64,000 nt of DNA from IMG/VR virus record IMGVR_UViG_3300028027_000061; one strand, given 5' to 3'. Every line of letters starts with the position of its first letter. The stretch's first letter is position 1. Below the pieces are notes generated by a model. It was not told the DNA's origin. It did no database searches and saw nothing but the letters and a program-made list of their open reading frames with translations. The DNA comes from a virus. The position numbers and the translations under genes are program-made. Shown piece after piece: positions 17,835 through 27,410 of this stretch.

Positions 17835-18074
17835 TTGATTATGTTTGGATTGTATGTAATTGTTGCCATTGTTCTTGGTTTGTTTTGTGCGTATCGTATG
17901 GGACAGGTAGATGACTACACTCGCCGAGAGATTGGTCCGCTATTGTCCTTTTGTGTTTTGTTCTGGCCGCTAGTGCTTATCTTTGGTATCATAGCAGGTC
18001 CATTCGTTGGTGTCTATTACCTCGGACATAGGAAGCGTGAAGCAGCACGTGCTGCAGCAAAGGACAAGCAATGA
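17835..18074 (+). CDS. small membrane protein
   Basis: Two TM helices. Confidence 0.35.
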   Translation: MIMFGLYVIVAIVLGLFCAYRMGQVDDYTRREIGPLLSFCVLFWPLVLIFGIIAGPFVGVYYLGHRKREAARAAAKDKQ

Positions 18075-18328
18075 GCAACACTGGCATGACATTGTGTCCT
18101 CCTAGTTTTGTTCATGCCCCACCACCGCCACCAGCATGGACCATGTTTCTACCTGAGAAGATGGAACTGCGTGTTGTAGAGTATACCAAGACAGATAACA
18201 GTGGTATCGAACGCATTGTCAAGGTAGAACTGCAATATTGCATGCACAATTTCGACCAATATGGTAACAGAACACACTCAACTCCATGGGAATCAGTCGA
18301 GCGTGTGAAGATTAACATGGATGCTTGA
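18071..18328 (+). CDS. hypothetical protein
   Basis: 85 aa. Confidence 0.35.
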   Translation: MSNTGMTLCPPSFVHAPPPPPAWTMFLPEKMELRVVEYTKTDNSGIERIVKVELQYCMHNFDQYGNRTHSTPWESVERVKINMDA

Positions 18329-18599
18329 TCTGCGCGAACCACATGAGATAATTCGCCAGCGTCGACACCAGATGCTGGTGCACTCATATCTGTATTATGT
18401 CAAGGATTCTCCCGTAATCACTGATGACAAGTGGCAGCAGTGGGCAAATGAACTGACAGATCTACAAACACGACATCCAGAAGCAGCAAAACTGGACTTC
18501 TATGATGAAGTGTTTGTTGATTGGGATGGTTCAACTGGCATGCACTTACCATTTGATCCTTGGTTAGAGAAAAGAGTAAAGGAACTATATAATGTCTGA
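18321..18599 (+). CDS. hypothetical protein
   Basis: 92 aa. Confidence 0.35.
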   Translation: MLDLREPHEIIRQRRHQMLVHSYLYYVKDSPVITDDKWQQWANELTDLQTRHPEAAKLDFYDEVFVDWDGSTGMHLPFDPWLEKRVKELYNV

Positions 18600-18760
18600 G
18601 AAATTGAACTTGCTTCGTGAAGAAACACGACGCTACTATCATCGCCAAGATGGCGGTATCATCTTGAAGATTGAAGAAAAGACTTTCATCGGAATGAGAG
18701 ATGGCGAAGAAATTTGGGAAACTAAAGTAAAAACAATCCCGTTAATTGAGGAGTAATAAC

Positions 18761-19306
18761 ATGGAAAATTGGAAAGTACACCCTGACATTGTTCCCAATG
18801 TCGTATTTAAGACTCGCGTTCGCGATGACTCCATCGAGGGTCCAAATCCCTATCGTTGGCAGGAACGGACTAGTTTCGATTACTTTGCAAATAAGCGAGT
18901 AGTTCTGTTCTCCCTTCCAGGTGCATTCACACCCACCTGTTCTACTTACCAACTGCCTGATTTTGAGAAACTGCATCTGGAGTTTCATGATCATGGTATT
19001 GATGAGATCTACTGCATGTCAGTGAACGATGCATTCGTAATGAACTGCTGGGCGAAGGATCAGAATCTAGAGAATGTCAAGGTAATTCCTGATGGTTCTG
19101 GTGTCTTTACTCGTGATATGGGCATGCTGGTAAGCAAGGACAATCTTGGATTCGGTATTCGTTCATGGCGGTATGCAGTCATTGTTGACAATGGTCGCAT
19201 TGAACAGTGGTTCATCGAACCAGGAAAGACTCATGAAGCAGAGGATGATCCATATGGTGAAACTTCGCCGCAGAACATTCTAGAATGGTTAAAGAAAAAT
19301 CATTGA
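18761..19306 (+). CDS. peroxiredoxin (Prx5/AhpC-TSA family)
   Basis: Motif VVLFSLPGAFTPTCS, typical of the Prx5-type peroxidatic Cys context. RBS gaggagtaataacATG. Confidence 0.65.
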   Translation: MENWKVHPDIVPNVVFKTRVRDDSIEGPNPYRWQERTSFDYFANKRVVLFSLPGAFTPTCSTYQLPDFEKLHLEFHDHGIDEIYCMSVNDAFVMNCWAKDQNLENVKVIPDGSGVFTRDMGMLVSKDNLGFGIRSWRYAVIVDNGRIEQWFIEPGKTHEAEDDPYGETSPQNILEWLKKNH

Positions 19307-19331
19307 CTTTTGCCTAGTTTTAGGGTAGAAT
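19304..19331 (+). promoter_or_regulatory. early promoter TTGACT-N16-TAGAAT
   Basis: Same family. Downstream aaaaggaactagattATG. Confidence 0.5.
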
Positions 19332-19358
19332 GGTAATACTAAGAAAAGGAACTAGATT

Positions 19359-19646
19359 ATGATTGATATTTTGACCAATACTAAAGATGCCAGTGTTTTT
19401 GACAAGTTTGACCAACTGCGTATCTCTGAATCTCGACTAGATTCCACCATTCGTTACTTCCCTGAGAGCAGTGAGATTGCTCGGCAGAAGTTTATCATTG
19501 CAGATCTACAGTCCAACATGACCAGTGCTGAACTGGTTGAGTATGATACAATCAAGAATGCAGTTGCCACTGCTGAAGAACTCAAGAAGCAACGTGCTGC
19601 TGACATCAAGCGCATGAACGAAAACCGTGATAGTCAGAGCATCTAA
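19359..19646 (+). CDS. hypothetical protein
   Basis: 95 aa. Confidence 0.4.
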   Translation: MIDILTNTKDASVFDKFDQLRISESRLDSTIRYFPESSEIARQKFIIADLQSNMTSAELVEYDTIKNAVATAEELKKQRAADIKRMNENRDSQSI

Positions 19647-19843
19647 TGGGACACTATGATGATGAACCACGTCGTCCATGGGGGCAAACTTGGCGTGATC
19701 AGTGGCCGCACAACATCCGAGGTAAGTCGGCAGATGTTGTCATTCTGGATGAATACACTGAAAATCTAGGTGATGCACTGAATACGCACATGGCAGACTC
19801 ATACAAGCAGACTGCATTAGATAAACTGTTCGGAGTAAAATAA
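19646..19843 (+). CDS. hypothetical protein
   Basis: 65 aa. Confidence 0.3.
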   Translation: MGHYDDEPRRPWGQTWRDQWPHNIRGKSADVVILDEYTENLGDALNTHMADSYKQTALDKLFGVK

Positions 19844-19928
19844 TGACTGAGCAAGAATGGAAGAAACTACCACTACCAACTGAATCACCACTGATTCCGT
19901 ATAAGCGATATCGTGGTAGCAAGGTAAC

Positions 19929-20207
19929 ATGGTCGAGTGGCAAGACTGCCTACTACTGGGTGGAGTATCACTTTTGATTGTAACTTACCTACCATGGTTG
20001 ATGTCTGCCATGACTATCTGGATGACGTTGCTGGCAGGTAACAATCATCCACGTGCATGGGCAGTTGGACTGATCAATCAGGTGTTCTGGGTAACATGGA
20101 TTATTGCCAGTCAGACGTGGGGACTGATTCCCATGAGCATTGCACTGGGCATTGTCTATGCTCGTAATCATTTTAAATGGAATACAAAGGAGAAATCTAA
20201 TGCTTGA
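19929..20207 (+). CDS. small multi-TM membrane protein
   Basis: Three hydrophobic helices. Confidence 0.35.
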   Translation: MVEWQDCLLLGGVSLLIVTYLPWLMSAMTIWMTLLAGNNHPRAWAVGLINQVFWVTWIIASQTWGLIPMSIALGIVYARNHFKWNTKEKSNA

Positions 20208-20616
20208 ATGTTTAATTATGGGTGACAGTATCGCAGTTGGCACCAAGATGTTTGCACCCACTGAGTGCGTATCCTACTCCAAGGGTGGATACAACACGTG
20301 GCAGTGGAACAAACGCTGGGGTAGCACACCACTGGAAGCAAAGACTGTAGTAATCAGTCTGGGTACCAATGATCACAACGGTGTGAATACCTTCAAAGAA
20401 CTGTCGAAGGTTCGATATCGTATTCGCTCCGTGAAGGTCGTATGGATTATGCCTCCGTGTAACAGTGGATTCTGCAAACCCAAGGTAAATGCCGTCGTAA
20501 AGCAGATTGCTGCACAATACAATGATGTCACTATCTCTACATCCTATGTCCAACCTGACAAAATCCATCCATCATGGCGTGGATACAAGGATCTGGTAAA
20601 GAAGTCTGGTATCTGA
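20200..20616 (+). CDS. SGNH/GDSL-type hydrolase
   Basis: Block I MGDSIAVG and block III GTNDH. Confidence 0.5.
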   Translation: MLECLIMGDSIAVGTKMFAPTECVSYSKGGYNTWQWNKRWGSTPLEAKTVVISLGTNDHNGVNTFKELSKVRYRIRSVKVVWIMPPCNSGFCKPKVNAVVKQIAAQYNDVTISTSYVQPDKIHPSWRGYKDLVKKSGI

Positions 20617-20744
20617 CATGAATCAGAAGGAAAAACTCCTTCAACGATATAAAGAGGCACTCGAGCGTATCGAAAGGTTCGGACACTCACATGGACACGG
20701 ACATGGATACACCTGTGCAAATATAGCAGAGAAGGCACTGAAGA

Positions 20745-20948
20745 ATGAGTGATGCACCATATCTCGGTCGAACACTTGAGGATGCACTGAATCGTGCTGA
20801 TCTAGACAAGAAAATCCTACCACAATTTGCACAGGTATTTCCAGCAGACTATGATTGTATTATCCTTGCTGAGTATATACGTATACTCGAGGCAGTCTGC
20901 GGTCCACATCTAAAACTTGGCAATGCTGGGTATCCTGTGGATGACTAG
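20745..20948 (+). CDS. hypothetical protein
   Basis: 67 aa. Confidence 0.3.
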   Translation: MSDAPYLGRTLEDALNRADLDKKILPQFAQVFPADYDCIILAEYIRILEAVCGPHLKLGNAGYPVDD

Positions 20949-21489
20949 AGAGGAAAAGATCCAAGCAGCAATAGAAGCAGCAATGGAACGTGCTCGCAAT
21001 GATCCTGTGAATCGCGAAGCATTTGTATATCTCTGGTATGATGGTAACACACATAAATTCTATCTCGGTTGGCATCTTGGAACTCCTAATGATGGATATA
21101 CCCATTCCTCAACTGTAATGCCAAAATTTACTGCTGACAACATTCCTCCTGGATTTCGCAGACGCATTCTTGCGTATGGAACACGTGATGAGATGATTGC
21201 ACTAGAAGAACGATTATTGACTGATCGATACTTCCATGGTAAAAAGATGAAAGATCTGAATGAGGCAGAAACAAACCGAATCTTAGAGAAACACTATGGT
21301 ATAAAATCCAAGGAAGATAAACATAAACCTACTTCTCGCTGGCACAAGTATTACAACGAAGGAATCGAGTGGAAATTTAAAAAGAAGCACCAGTATGATA
21401 GTGACAAGGATCGCGAAGTAAGAGCATTTAAAAAGTGGCGTCGTGTAGGTGGCATGAGTGCTAGTAAAGCAATGAAGAATGTGTGGTAA
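20941..21489 (+). CDS. GIY-YIG family homing-endonuclease-like protein
   Basis: N-terminal FVYLWYDGNTHKFYLGWH fits the GIY-(x10)-YIG spacing. Lys-rich C-terminal DNA-binding-like tail. Confidence 0.45.
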   Translation: MTREEKIQAAIEAAMERARNDPVNREAFVYLWYDGNTHKFYLGWHLGTPNDGYTHSSTVMPKFTADNIPPGFRRRILAYGTRDEMIALEERLLTDRYFHGKKMKDLNEAETNRILEKHYGIKSKEDKHKPTSRWHKYYNEGIEWKFKKKHQYDSDKDREVRAFKKWRRVGGMSASKAMKNVW

Positions 21490-21495
21490 AAACAA

Positions 21496-21524
21496 TTGAC
21501 TTTTGTGTAGATTTTTAGTATAAT
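21496..21524 (+). promoter_or_regulatory. early promoter TTGACT-N17-TATAAT
   Basis: Consensus. Confidence 0.55.
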
Positions 21525-21562
21525 GTATGAATAATGGTGAAACAATAAGGAGTGATTATATT

Positions 21563-21838
21563 ATGAAACGTAGCAAAACACACGGTGTTGTATATCGCAA
21601 AACAGTCAGTGAACGGCATCTAACATTACCATTCGAGGGTGTCCCAAAACTCGTAGTAACAACTAAGTACTGCCCATGCTGTGATAGTCATCTACCACTG
21701 GCACACTTTTATCTGAAGTCTGAATTTCCTGGTGATGAACGACTGCGCAATCAATGCGTAGAGTGCTGGGATGAACATAATGGACGCAATCGCGAAAAAT
21801 CTCCTGATGCATCTGCCTCTCTGGTAGCGCTGTTCTAA
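21563..21838 (+). CDS. zinc-ribbon protein (CPCC ... CVEC), possible HNH-like
   Basis: RBS aaggagtgattatattATG. Two CxxC pairs. Confidence 0.35.
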   Translation: MKRSKTHGVVYRKTVSERHLTLPFEGVPKLVVTTKYCPCCDSHLPLAHFYLKSEFPGDERLRNQCVECWDEHNGRNREKSPDASASLVALF

Positions 21839-22107
21839 ATGACTGATGAACAACTAATCGCCCATGCGCTGTATGTATACTGGCAACAGGCACAGTATAC
21901 CCCAGAACATAAACTCGCTACTCGTGCGTATGAATTATATGAAAAATATAGCAACAATCCCACTCGATAAGAACAATCGTATGCTGCGTATCGGATTCGG
22001 TAAGCACAATGGCAGATGGTTTGCACGTATAGATCTATGGTATATTGGAGTAAGAATCTCATGATAAAATACATAGTTGAAAACATCAGTGAATATGGTC
22101 CACTGGA

Positions 22108-22536
22108 ATGGAGCATGGTAGTATCAATCCTAGTAGCACTGATACTCCTGGCATGATATTTCACGCTGATAGAACAACACCCAAGGACGGTCGCATCTTT
22201 GTATTCGGATCGAATCGAGGCGGCAAGCATGGTGCAGGTGCTGCACTGGAAGCAAGACTACGATTCGGTGCATTGCTAGGTCATGGTGAAGGTTTGGTGG
22301 GTAATTCATATGCAATCCCCACCAAGACTGCGAACTTCGAATGCCTGTCACTGGAAGAAATCGAGCAATATGTGGAAACATTTGTTCTATTCACGCTGGA
22401 GAATCCAGACATGCAGTTCTTCGTAACACGTGTCGGATGCGGTCTGGCAGGCAATAAAGACGAGGACGTTGCACCCATGTTCCGTGGTGCAATCAACTGT
22501 TCATTCCCAGAGAACTGGAGGAGTTATCTGACATGA
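22108..22536 (+). CDS. Rossmann-like (SLOG/DprA/LOG-like) nucleotide-binding protein
   Basis: Motif IFVFGSNRGGKHGAGAALEA. Weak family call. Confidence 0.3.
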   Translation: MEHGSINPSSTDTPGMIFHADRTTPKDGRIFVFGSNRGGKHGAGAALEARLRFGALLGHGEGLVGNSYAIPTKTANFECLSLEEIEQYVETFVLFTLENPDMQFFVTRVGCGLAGNKDEDVAPMFRGAINCSFPENWRSYLT

Positions 22537-22856
22537 CTGATGATGGTTACCCAACTGATGAAGAACTGCGGTTAATCTCTAACTGGTCTGTGAAGGATAT
22601 TCCTGGATGGTTTGCATTTGTTCAATCTCTCTGGGCATTGACTGACTGGAAGATCGAAGATGCAGTAGATGATATATCCGAACGTCCTGTAACTCGCTAC
22701 ACAATAAGCACTGGTGGATGGTCTGGTAATGAGGAACTGATTGGTGCAATGCAACGTAACTGGTTGCTGTGGAGTCTTACATGGGTGCAGTCTCGCCGTG
22801 GTGGACAGTATATTTTTGAAGAATACCCATTGTTTCCTGCGAGTAAACAAAAATGA
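22533..22856 (+). CDS. hypothetical protein
   Basis: 107 aa. Confidence 0.35.
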   Translation: MTDDGYPTDEELRLISNWSVKDIPGWFAFVQSLWALTDWKIEDAVDDISERPVTRYTISTGGWSGNEELIGAMQRNWLLWSLTWVQSRRGGQYIFEEYPLFPASKQK

Positions 22857-23508
22857 ATAATTTTCTCATCGAAAAAGACCTAGGATATACGAACTACACC
22901 AATGGTAAGTATGTCACTGAGGATAATGCTACACACATTGCAGTGCATGAACATGGTGCATTAGTAATAAAGGAATATGAGAGAGCATCATTGGAGTCAG
23001 TGATACTGGAGGTGATGAATGGGTGATGATTATAAAGATGCACTGATAGAGAAAATCCACACATGGACGTATGATACACTGAATGATGATGCTAAACTTG
23101 CTGCGTGGAAGGCATATGGTAACTTCCGTATTCCATCTGAGAAAGAAATCGCATTAGATGAACTGTTCGAGGGAGTAAAGTAAATGATAATGATTGGTGT
23201 AGCATTATTGTTATTGAATGTAATGTTTGTAGTGATTGATGTAAAGAATGAGCGTATACGTAAGGGAACACTAATGAATGCAGCAGCAGTTGGTTGTATA
23301 TTGACTACTCTATTGCATTTGGTATTATAAAGTTAGTACTTTTCGCTAACTTTTAGTGTTTTGCACGTCTTGAACTGGTCTTGAATTAGGTGGATGTGTG
23401 GATGCCTGTAGTGACCTGTGGAGACTGGTATAAAAGGACACCCAAAGAAATCCCACACATCGCGCCACACTGATTTAAAAAATTAATCACACAGTCACCA
23501 CATTTCCC

Positions 23509-23537
23509 TTGACATTTCTCCATAAATACGGTATAAT
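23509..23537 (+). promoter_or_regulatory. early promoter TTGACA-N17-TATAAT
   Basis: Consensus. Downstream aggagaactgctATG, 56-aa ORF at 23561-23731. Confidence 0.55.
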
Positions 23538-23560
23538 GGTTACTTAATAGGAGAACTGCT

Positions 23561-23731
23561 ATGCGTGACTACACAATTACTAAGATCCGTCCTGGTACCT
23601 ACGAACTGGACCTATATGTCAATGGTTCATGGGTGGACACCAAGCGTGGCACCAAGGGTGAGGTGGAGCAATTCGCCTCGAACTACATCAACAAGCGCAT
23701 GCCTCGTGCGTTTCGCGCAATCATGTCCTAG
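23561..23731 (+). CDS. small hypothetical protein (56 aa)
   Basis: Promoter plus RBS. Followed by a terminator. Confidence 0.4.
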   Translation: MRDYTITKIRPGTYELDLYVNGSWVDTKRGTKGEVEQFASNYINKRMPRAFRAIMS

Positions 23732-23754
23732 ACTTTATCCTTTTCACTAGGGCA

Positions 23755-23793
23755 AAGAAGCACCCTGCCAGCGATGGTGGGGTGTTTTTTTTT
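23755..23793 (+). terminator. rho-independent terminator
   Basis: Stem caccc ... ggggtg followed by T9. Confidence 0.45.
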
Positions 23794-23800
23794 AATTTTA

Positions 23801-23832
23801 GGCTTGACAACTGTCCTGTTTCGAGGTATAAT
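23801..23832 (+). promoter_or_regulatory. early promoter GGCTTGACA-N17-TATAAT
   Basis: Consensus. Downstream gaaaaggaaataaagcttATG, 48-aa ORF at 23868-24014. Confidence 0.55.
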
Positions 23833-24027
23833 GACTATGTCGTATTGATGAAAAGGAAATAAAGCTTATGACTAATAATTACGTTTACACCCTTCAAGAC
23901 CTTTATAAGATATTTCAACAGGCAGAGGATAAGGTAGCGCAACTCAAAGAGTTTCAATCACTCAACCTAGAGTACCGCATCAACTGGGATAAATTAATTT
24001 CACTTTATTCATAAAAAAGCGATTTAG

Positions 24028-24059
24028 GGGCTTGCTATTTCTGCAGTTTCAGGTATAGT
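24028..24059 (+). promoter_or_regulatory. early promoter GGGGCTTGCTA-N16-TATAGT (degenerate -35)
   Basis: Downstream block gaattatagtttgaaaggaattgattATG identical to the 437/15697 promoters. Confidence 0.5.
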
Positions 24060-24086
24060 GGAATTATAGTTTGAAAGGAATTGATT

Positions 24087-24326
24087 ATGACCAAGTTTGA
24101 AGTTCGCAAAACCCTCGCTCCCTACGGTTTCCAGGTGATTGATAACACCACTGGCACCGTTCTTGACACGTTCAAGCGTAAGTACCAAGCGAATGCCCAT
24201 GCGTTCTACCTTGGTCAGACCACCATGAAGACGGTTACCAACCTGATGACTGGTAAGGAAATCGAGATCGCTGAGAACACTCCTTGGCATTGCAATCCTG
24301 CCTCTGAATCATACTGGAGCATGTAA
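24087..24326 (+). CDS. hypothetical protein
   Basis: ATG 24087 after the promoter and RBS. Confidence 0.4.
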   Translation: MTKFEVRKTLAPYGFQVIDNTTGTVLDTFKRKYQANAHAFYLGQTTMKTVTNLMTGKEIEIAENTPWHCNPASESYWSM

Positions 24327-24592
24327 TGAATATTCTTTACGACGCAGAAGATATAGCAGAATTCCACCGTCTTGAAAAGATCAAGTCTGAAAAGGAAGTA
24401 GAAAATATGACTGATGCTGATCTGACTCAGTTCCTCGTGAATGATGCAATTCCTCAGGACATTGGTAATGCTCGTATGGCATATGCCGCTGGATACTTCG
24501 AGTCCACCATTCTCTCACTGATGGCACGTTTCCCAGAGGTGCGTAAAGAGATCGAAGACCGTGTAAACTTTCGTAAAGGAGAAGCAGTATGA
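24326..24592 (+). CDS. hypothetical protein
   Basis: 88 aa. Confidence 0.35.
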   Translation: MNILYDAEDIAEFHRLEKIKSEKEVENMTDADLTQFLVNDAIPQDIGNARMAYAAGYFESTILSLMARFPEVRKEIEDRVNFRKGEAV

Positions 24593-24822
24593 TGGACATG
24601 ATAGGTTTTGACAATGAATTCATGAGTGATCCATGCACTCACTCGAAGATTCTCCTCCCGATCCCTGAGAATGCACGAGAAATTCCGTGTGATGGATGTG
24701 CACGTGAGAATGAATGTGCGATGCGTATGACCGAATGTGTCGCGTTTCGCGTGTGGAGTGCCACTGGAGATTTCCTCGATAAGGATGTGACTCGTTTGAT
24801 GCGTGTCCCTCGTGGTGTCTGA
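24589..24822 (+). CDS. Cys-rich hypothetical protein
   Basis: 77 aa with six Cys. Confidence 0.35.
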   Translation: MMDMIGFDNEFMSDPCTHSKILLPIPENAREIPCDGCARENECAMRMTECVAFRVWSATGDFLDKDVTRLMRVPRGV

Positions 24823-24975
24823 TTGCTGAATGATGAGTAGTTGAGACCCATGTGAGATTTGAGCTATGGTTTTGAAATTCGGGTCCCCTCTCCATAAAAT
24901 GGGTTTAGCGTCGACTTGTTTTAACATCGACCAACAGTTCACGACACATACCCTGCACATATAAAAGGATTCAAA

Positions 24976-25212
24976 ATGCCAAGAAAAAAAATTGCTGCGG
25001 CCAACACAGAGTCTCCAGAGGTCGCACAGGAAACTGTGGTGGAAACTGCACCTACATACTACGAATACATAACACCTGATGGTATCTCTGTGCTGCTCGA
25101 CCGCTATGAATGGTCAAGGGGTCTTGGTCTATCAGATAAGAACGTAAAGAAAGCGCAAGCAGCACGGCATCGTGAGGTTGCCAAGGGGTTTGCCAGAACT
25201 GAGGAAGCATAA
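24976..25212 (+). CDS. hypothetical protein
   Basis: 78 aa. Confidence 0.35.
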   Translation: MPRKKIAAANTESPEVAQETVVETAPTYYEYITPDGISVLLDRYEWSRGLGLSDKNVKKAQAARHREVAKGFARTEEA

Positions 25213-25820
25213 TGGAATACCAACAATATATCGACTCTAATGGAAACATCATAAGAATGCTAAGTCATGATGCCACATACACTGCATCAACTACAGATTA
25301 TCTAATGGATAATGGTTATGGTCACGTAACTGGACAGATATCTGATCATGACACATTGGCATTTAGAGCGATTATTGAAAAAATGCCACAGCATTTTCGT
25401 ATGGTAGAACTGGGTTCAATGTATGGTGCATCAGCAGTTACATTTGCACTACTTGCTTATGAGATGCGTAAGACCTGCGAAATTCTTTGTATTGATTGCT
25501 TTGGATTGCCAAACCAACTGGAAACATTCAAACAAAACACTATGGACTTCAGTAATATCAGTTATCGAGCAGAATACTTTAATGATGCTTTTGAGTACGA
25601 TGGTGGGCCGATTGACTTATACTTTGACGATGCGAGTCATATCGAAAGACCTACATATAAGCAGTTGGTGTATTGGAGTCAGTATGCCAAGAACATTGCG
25701 GTTCATGACTACACTGCAGAGTGGGAAGGTAACATTGCCGCAGTGGATAAATTTGCTTCCGAGCGAGCAGCGACTGTGCAGCGATTTGATGAATCGAGTG
25801 TCGTGTTACTGGAGTTGTAA
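25212..25820 (+). CDS. class I SAM-dependent methyltransferase-like
   Basis: Motif I-like VELGSMYGASAV. Motif post-I LYFDDASH. Confidence 0.4.
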   Translation: MEYQQYIDSNGNIIRMLSHDATYTASTTDYLMDNGYGHVTGQISDHDTLAFRAIIEKMPQHFRMVELGSMYGASAVTFALLAYEMRKTCEILCIDCFGLPNQLETFKQNTMDFSNISYRAEYFNDAFEYDGGPIDLYFDDASHIERPTYKQLVYWSQYAKNIAVHDYTAEWEGNIAAVDKFASERAATVQRFDESSVVLLEL

Positions 25821-25864
25821 ATGGAGTTGGGCCCTGCCCTTCGGTATCTTAGGAAAGACAAGTA

Positions 25865-26383
25865 ATGTTTATCCACAATAATGGTAATTGTGCTGTTATG
25901 GCAAACCTACGTTGTGGATCAACGAACATGTTTAATTACTTTGAAACGGAAGTAAATAATTTTGGACTGCGGGGTTGGTTGAACCACCGCAATCCCATTG
26001 TAGTTCTTCGTAACCCGATAGACCGTGTTGTTTCTTCGATGGCATTCTTCTGGAGTGATAAAGGAACACCAGAGTTTCGACTCGCTGAGTTTGCTCGACA
26101 TTCAGCCCCATATCTACACAATCTAACAATAAGTAACTTTCGCATCATAGATTTCAACATTCTCGAGCAGTATATTCCAAGGAAGGATACTGTGCGACTG
26201 CAGTCTGTTCGTACTGACACACGCTGCCATCCTTTCACAGCGGCAGAAGATGCTTATGTGCCGAATCCTCTATACACACTGGAAGACTTGCAAAAATGCG
26301 TCGAGGACTATAAAGATTTTATCGCGAATAAAGAACGAGTTACGGTTGATGAGTGGAAAGAACTTACAATCGAAAGGGCTTGA
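25865..26383 (+). CDS. sulfotransferase-family protein
   Basis: 5'-PSB-like NLRCGSTNM and 3'-PB-like RNPIDRVVSS motifs. Confidence 0.4.
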   Translation: MFIHNNGNCAVMANLRCGSTNMFNYFETEVNNFGLRGWLNHRNPIVVLRNPIDRVVSSMAFFWSDKGTPEFRLAEFARHSAPYLHNLTISNFRIIDFNILEQYIPRKDTVRLQSVRTDTRCHPFTAAEDAYVPNPLYTLEDLQKCVEDYKDFIANKERVTVDEWKELTIERA

Positions 26384-26408
26384 CTTTCACTGTGTTTTTT
26401 AGTATAAT
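26380..26408 (+). promoter_or_regulatory. early promoter GGGCTTGACT-N17-TATAAT
   Basis: Consensus. Drives the 56-aa membrane ORF at 26419-26589. Confidence 0.55.
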
Positions 26409-26418
26409 GGATTTATTA

Positions 26419-26589
26419 TGAATATTGGTTTGTTTTTACTCTTCGCAGTCCTAGCATGGATAATCTTTGCAGTGGTTATTTTTCCGCTGCTCGTAATGTT
26501 TATTTTTGCCATACCTATTATCCTCCCATATGTTCTGGGTGCAGCAGCGCTGTATCTTTTATGGAAGTTTGTGAAAAAGAGGGCTTGAC
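26419..26589 (+). CDS. small membrane protein (56 aa)
   Basis: Two TM helices. Its last codons (KKRA*) are encoded by the GGGCTTGA of the next promoter. Confidence 0.4.
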
Positions 26590-26613
26590 ATTTGCATCAT
26601 TTTAGGGTATAGT
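26585..26613 (+). promoter_or_regulatory. early promoter GGGCTTGACA-N17-TATAGT
   Basis: Consensus. Overlaps the 3' end of the previous ORF. Confidence 0.55.
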
Positions 26614-26619
26614 GGAACT

Positions 26620-27111
26620 ATGATGATGAAGGATGTGAATATGAATATCACGGTTACAGGTTTGATTGGTCGTCGTGCTGACAAGAAGAAGTTGATTGAG
26701 GCAGCAGAGTTCTTTGCTGCGCAACTAATGGACCCTCGCATGGTTCGCAATCTGACGTTGGATATCGAAGTCTGGAAAGACTTTGACCTTGAGGGTGAGT
26801 GCGTCGATGAGGATGGCACGAAGAACCCTCGGTGGTTCACGATCGGTCTTAAGAACCAAGACGTGAATGAAATGATCAAGGTGCTTGGTCACGAAATGGT
26901 TCATGTCAAGCAACATGCCAAGAACGAACTCCAGACTGGTCATGCGGTTGCTGCTCGTGGTGGTCTTAAGATCTTCAGCAAGTGGATGGGTCAAATCTGG
27001 AAACCCAAGGGCAAGGAAGATGCCTATTTCGATGCTCCTTGGGAGATCGAAGCATATGGTCGCGAAGTCGGTCTTTATCACAAGTGGTGTGCAACACAGG
27101 AGGCAGCATGA
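26620..27111 (+). CDS. HExxH zinc metallopeptidase-like protein (SprT/WLM-like)
   Basis: Motif VLGHEMVHVKQH. Confidence 0.4.
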   Translation: MMMKDVNMNITVTGLIGRRADKKKLIEAAEFFAAQLMDPRMVRNLTLDIEVWKDFDLEGECVDEDGTKNPRWFTIGLKNQDVNEMIKVLGHEMVHVKQHAKNELQTGHAVAARGGLKIFSKWMGQIWKPKGKEDAYFDAPWEIEAYGREVGLYHKWCATQEAA

Positions 27112-27410
27112 TGGTAACTGAGTATTGGGTAGTTCGCATCAATTATAATCAAATTGACCGTGATCATGTTCTTGTAGATGCTGCAACAGCAAAAGAAGCA
27201 GAGCAACGTCTCCGTGATAATGGATGTAATGCTCCTTATATTAAGGCGATGTATAAAGCAAAGGTTTCGAAGTAATGAATTTAAGTCGTAAAGAACGTAT
27301 CACTGCATACATCGCCAAGTGGATTGTTTTGAACATCGCTTGTCGTATCAATGCAACTGCCGTATTGTCGCTCAGTATGGAAGCGACCCGAATATACATT
27401 GGAAAGCAAA

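Noticed and set aside
24454-24960. Several overlapping minus-strand ORFs (24381-24960)
   Set aside because: Antisense to the plus-strand operon. His/Ser-rich shadow frames.
24823-24975. 153-nt intergenic region with a gtcga...tcgac stem and a cacatataaaagg box
   Set aside because: No promoter consensus, no convincing covariation or terminator. Possibly just a leader. Too weak to call an RNA gene.
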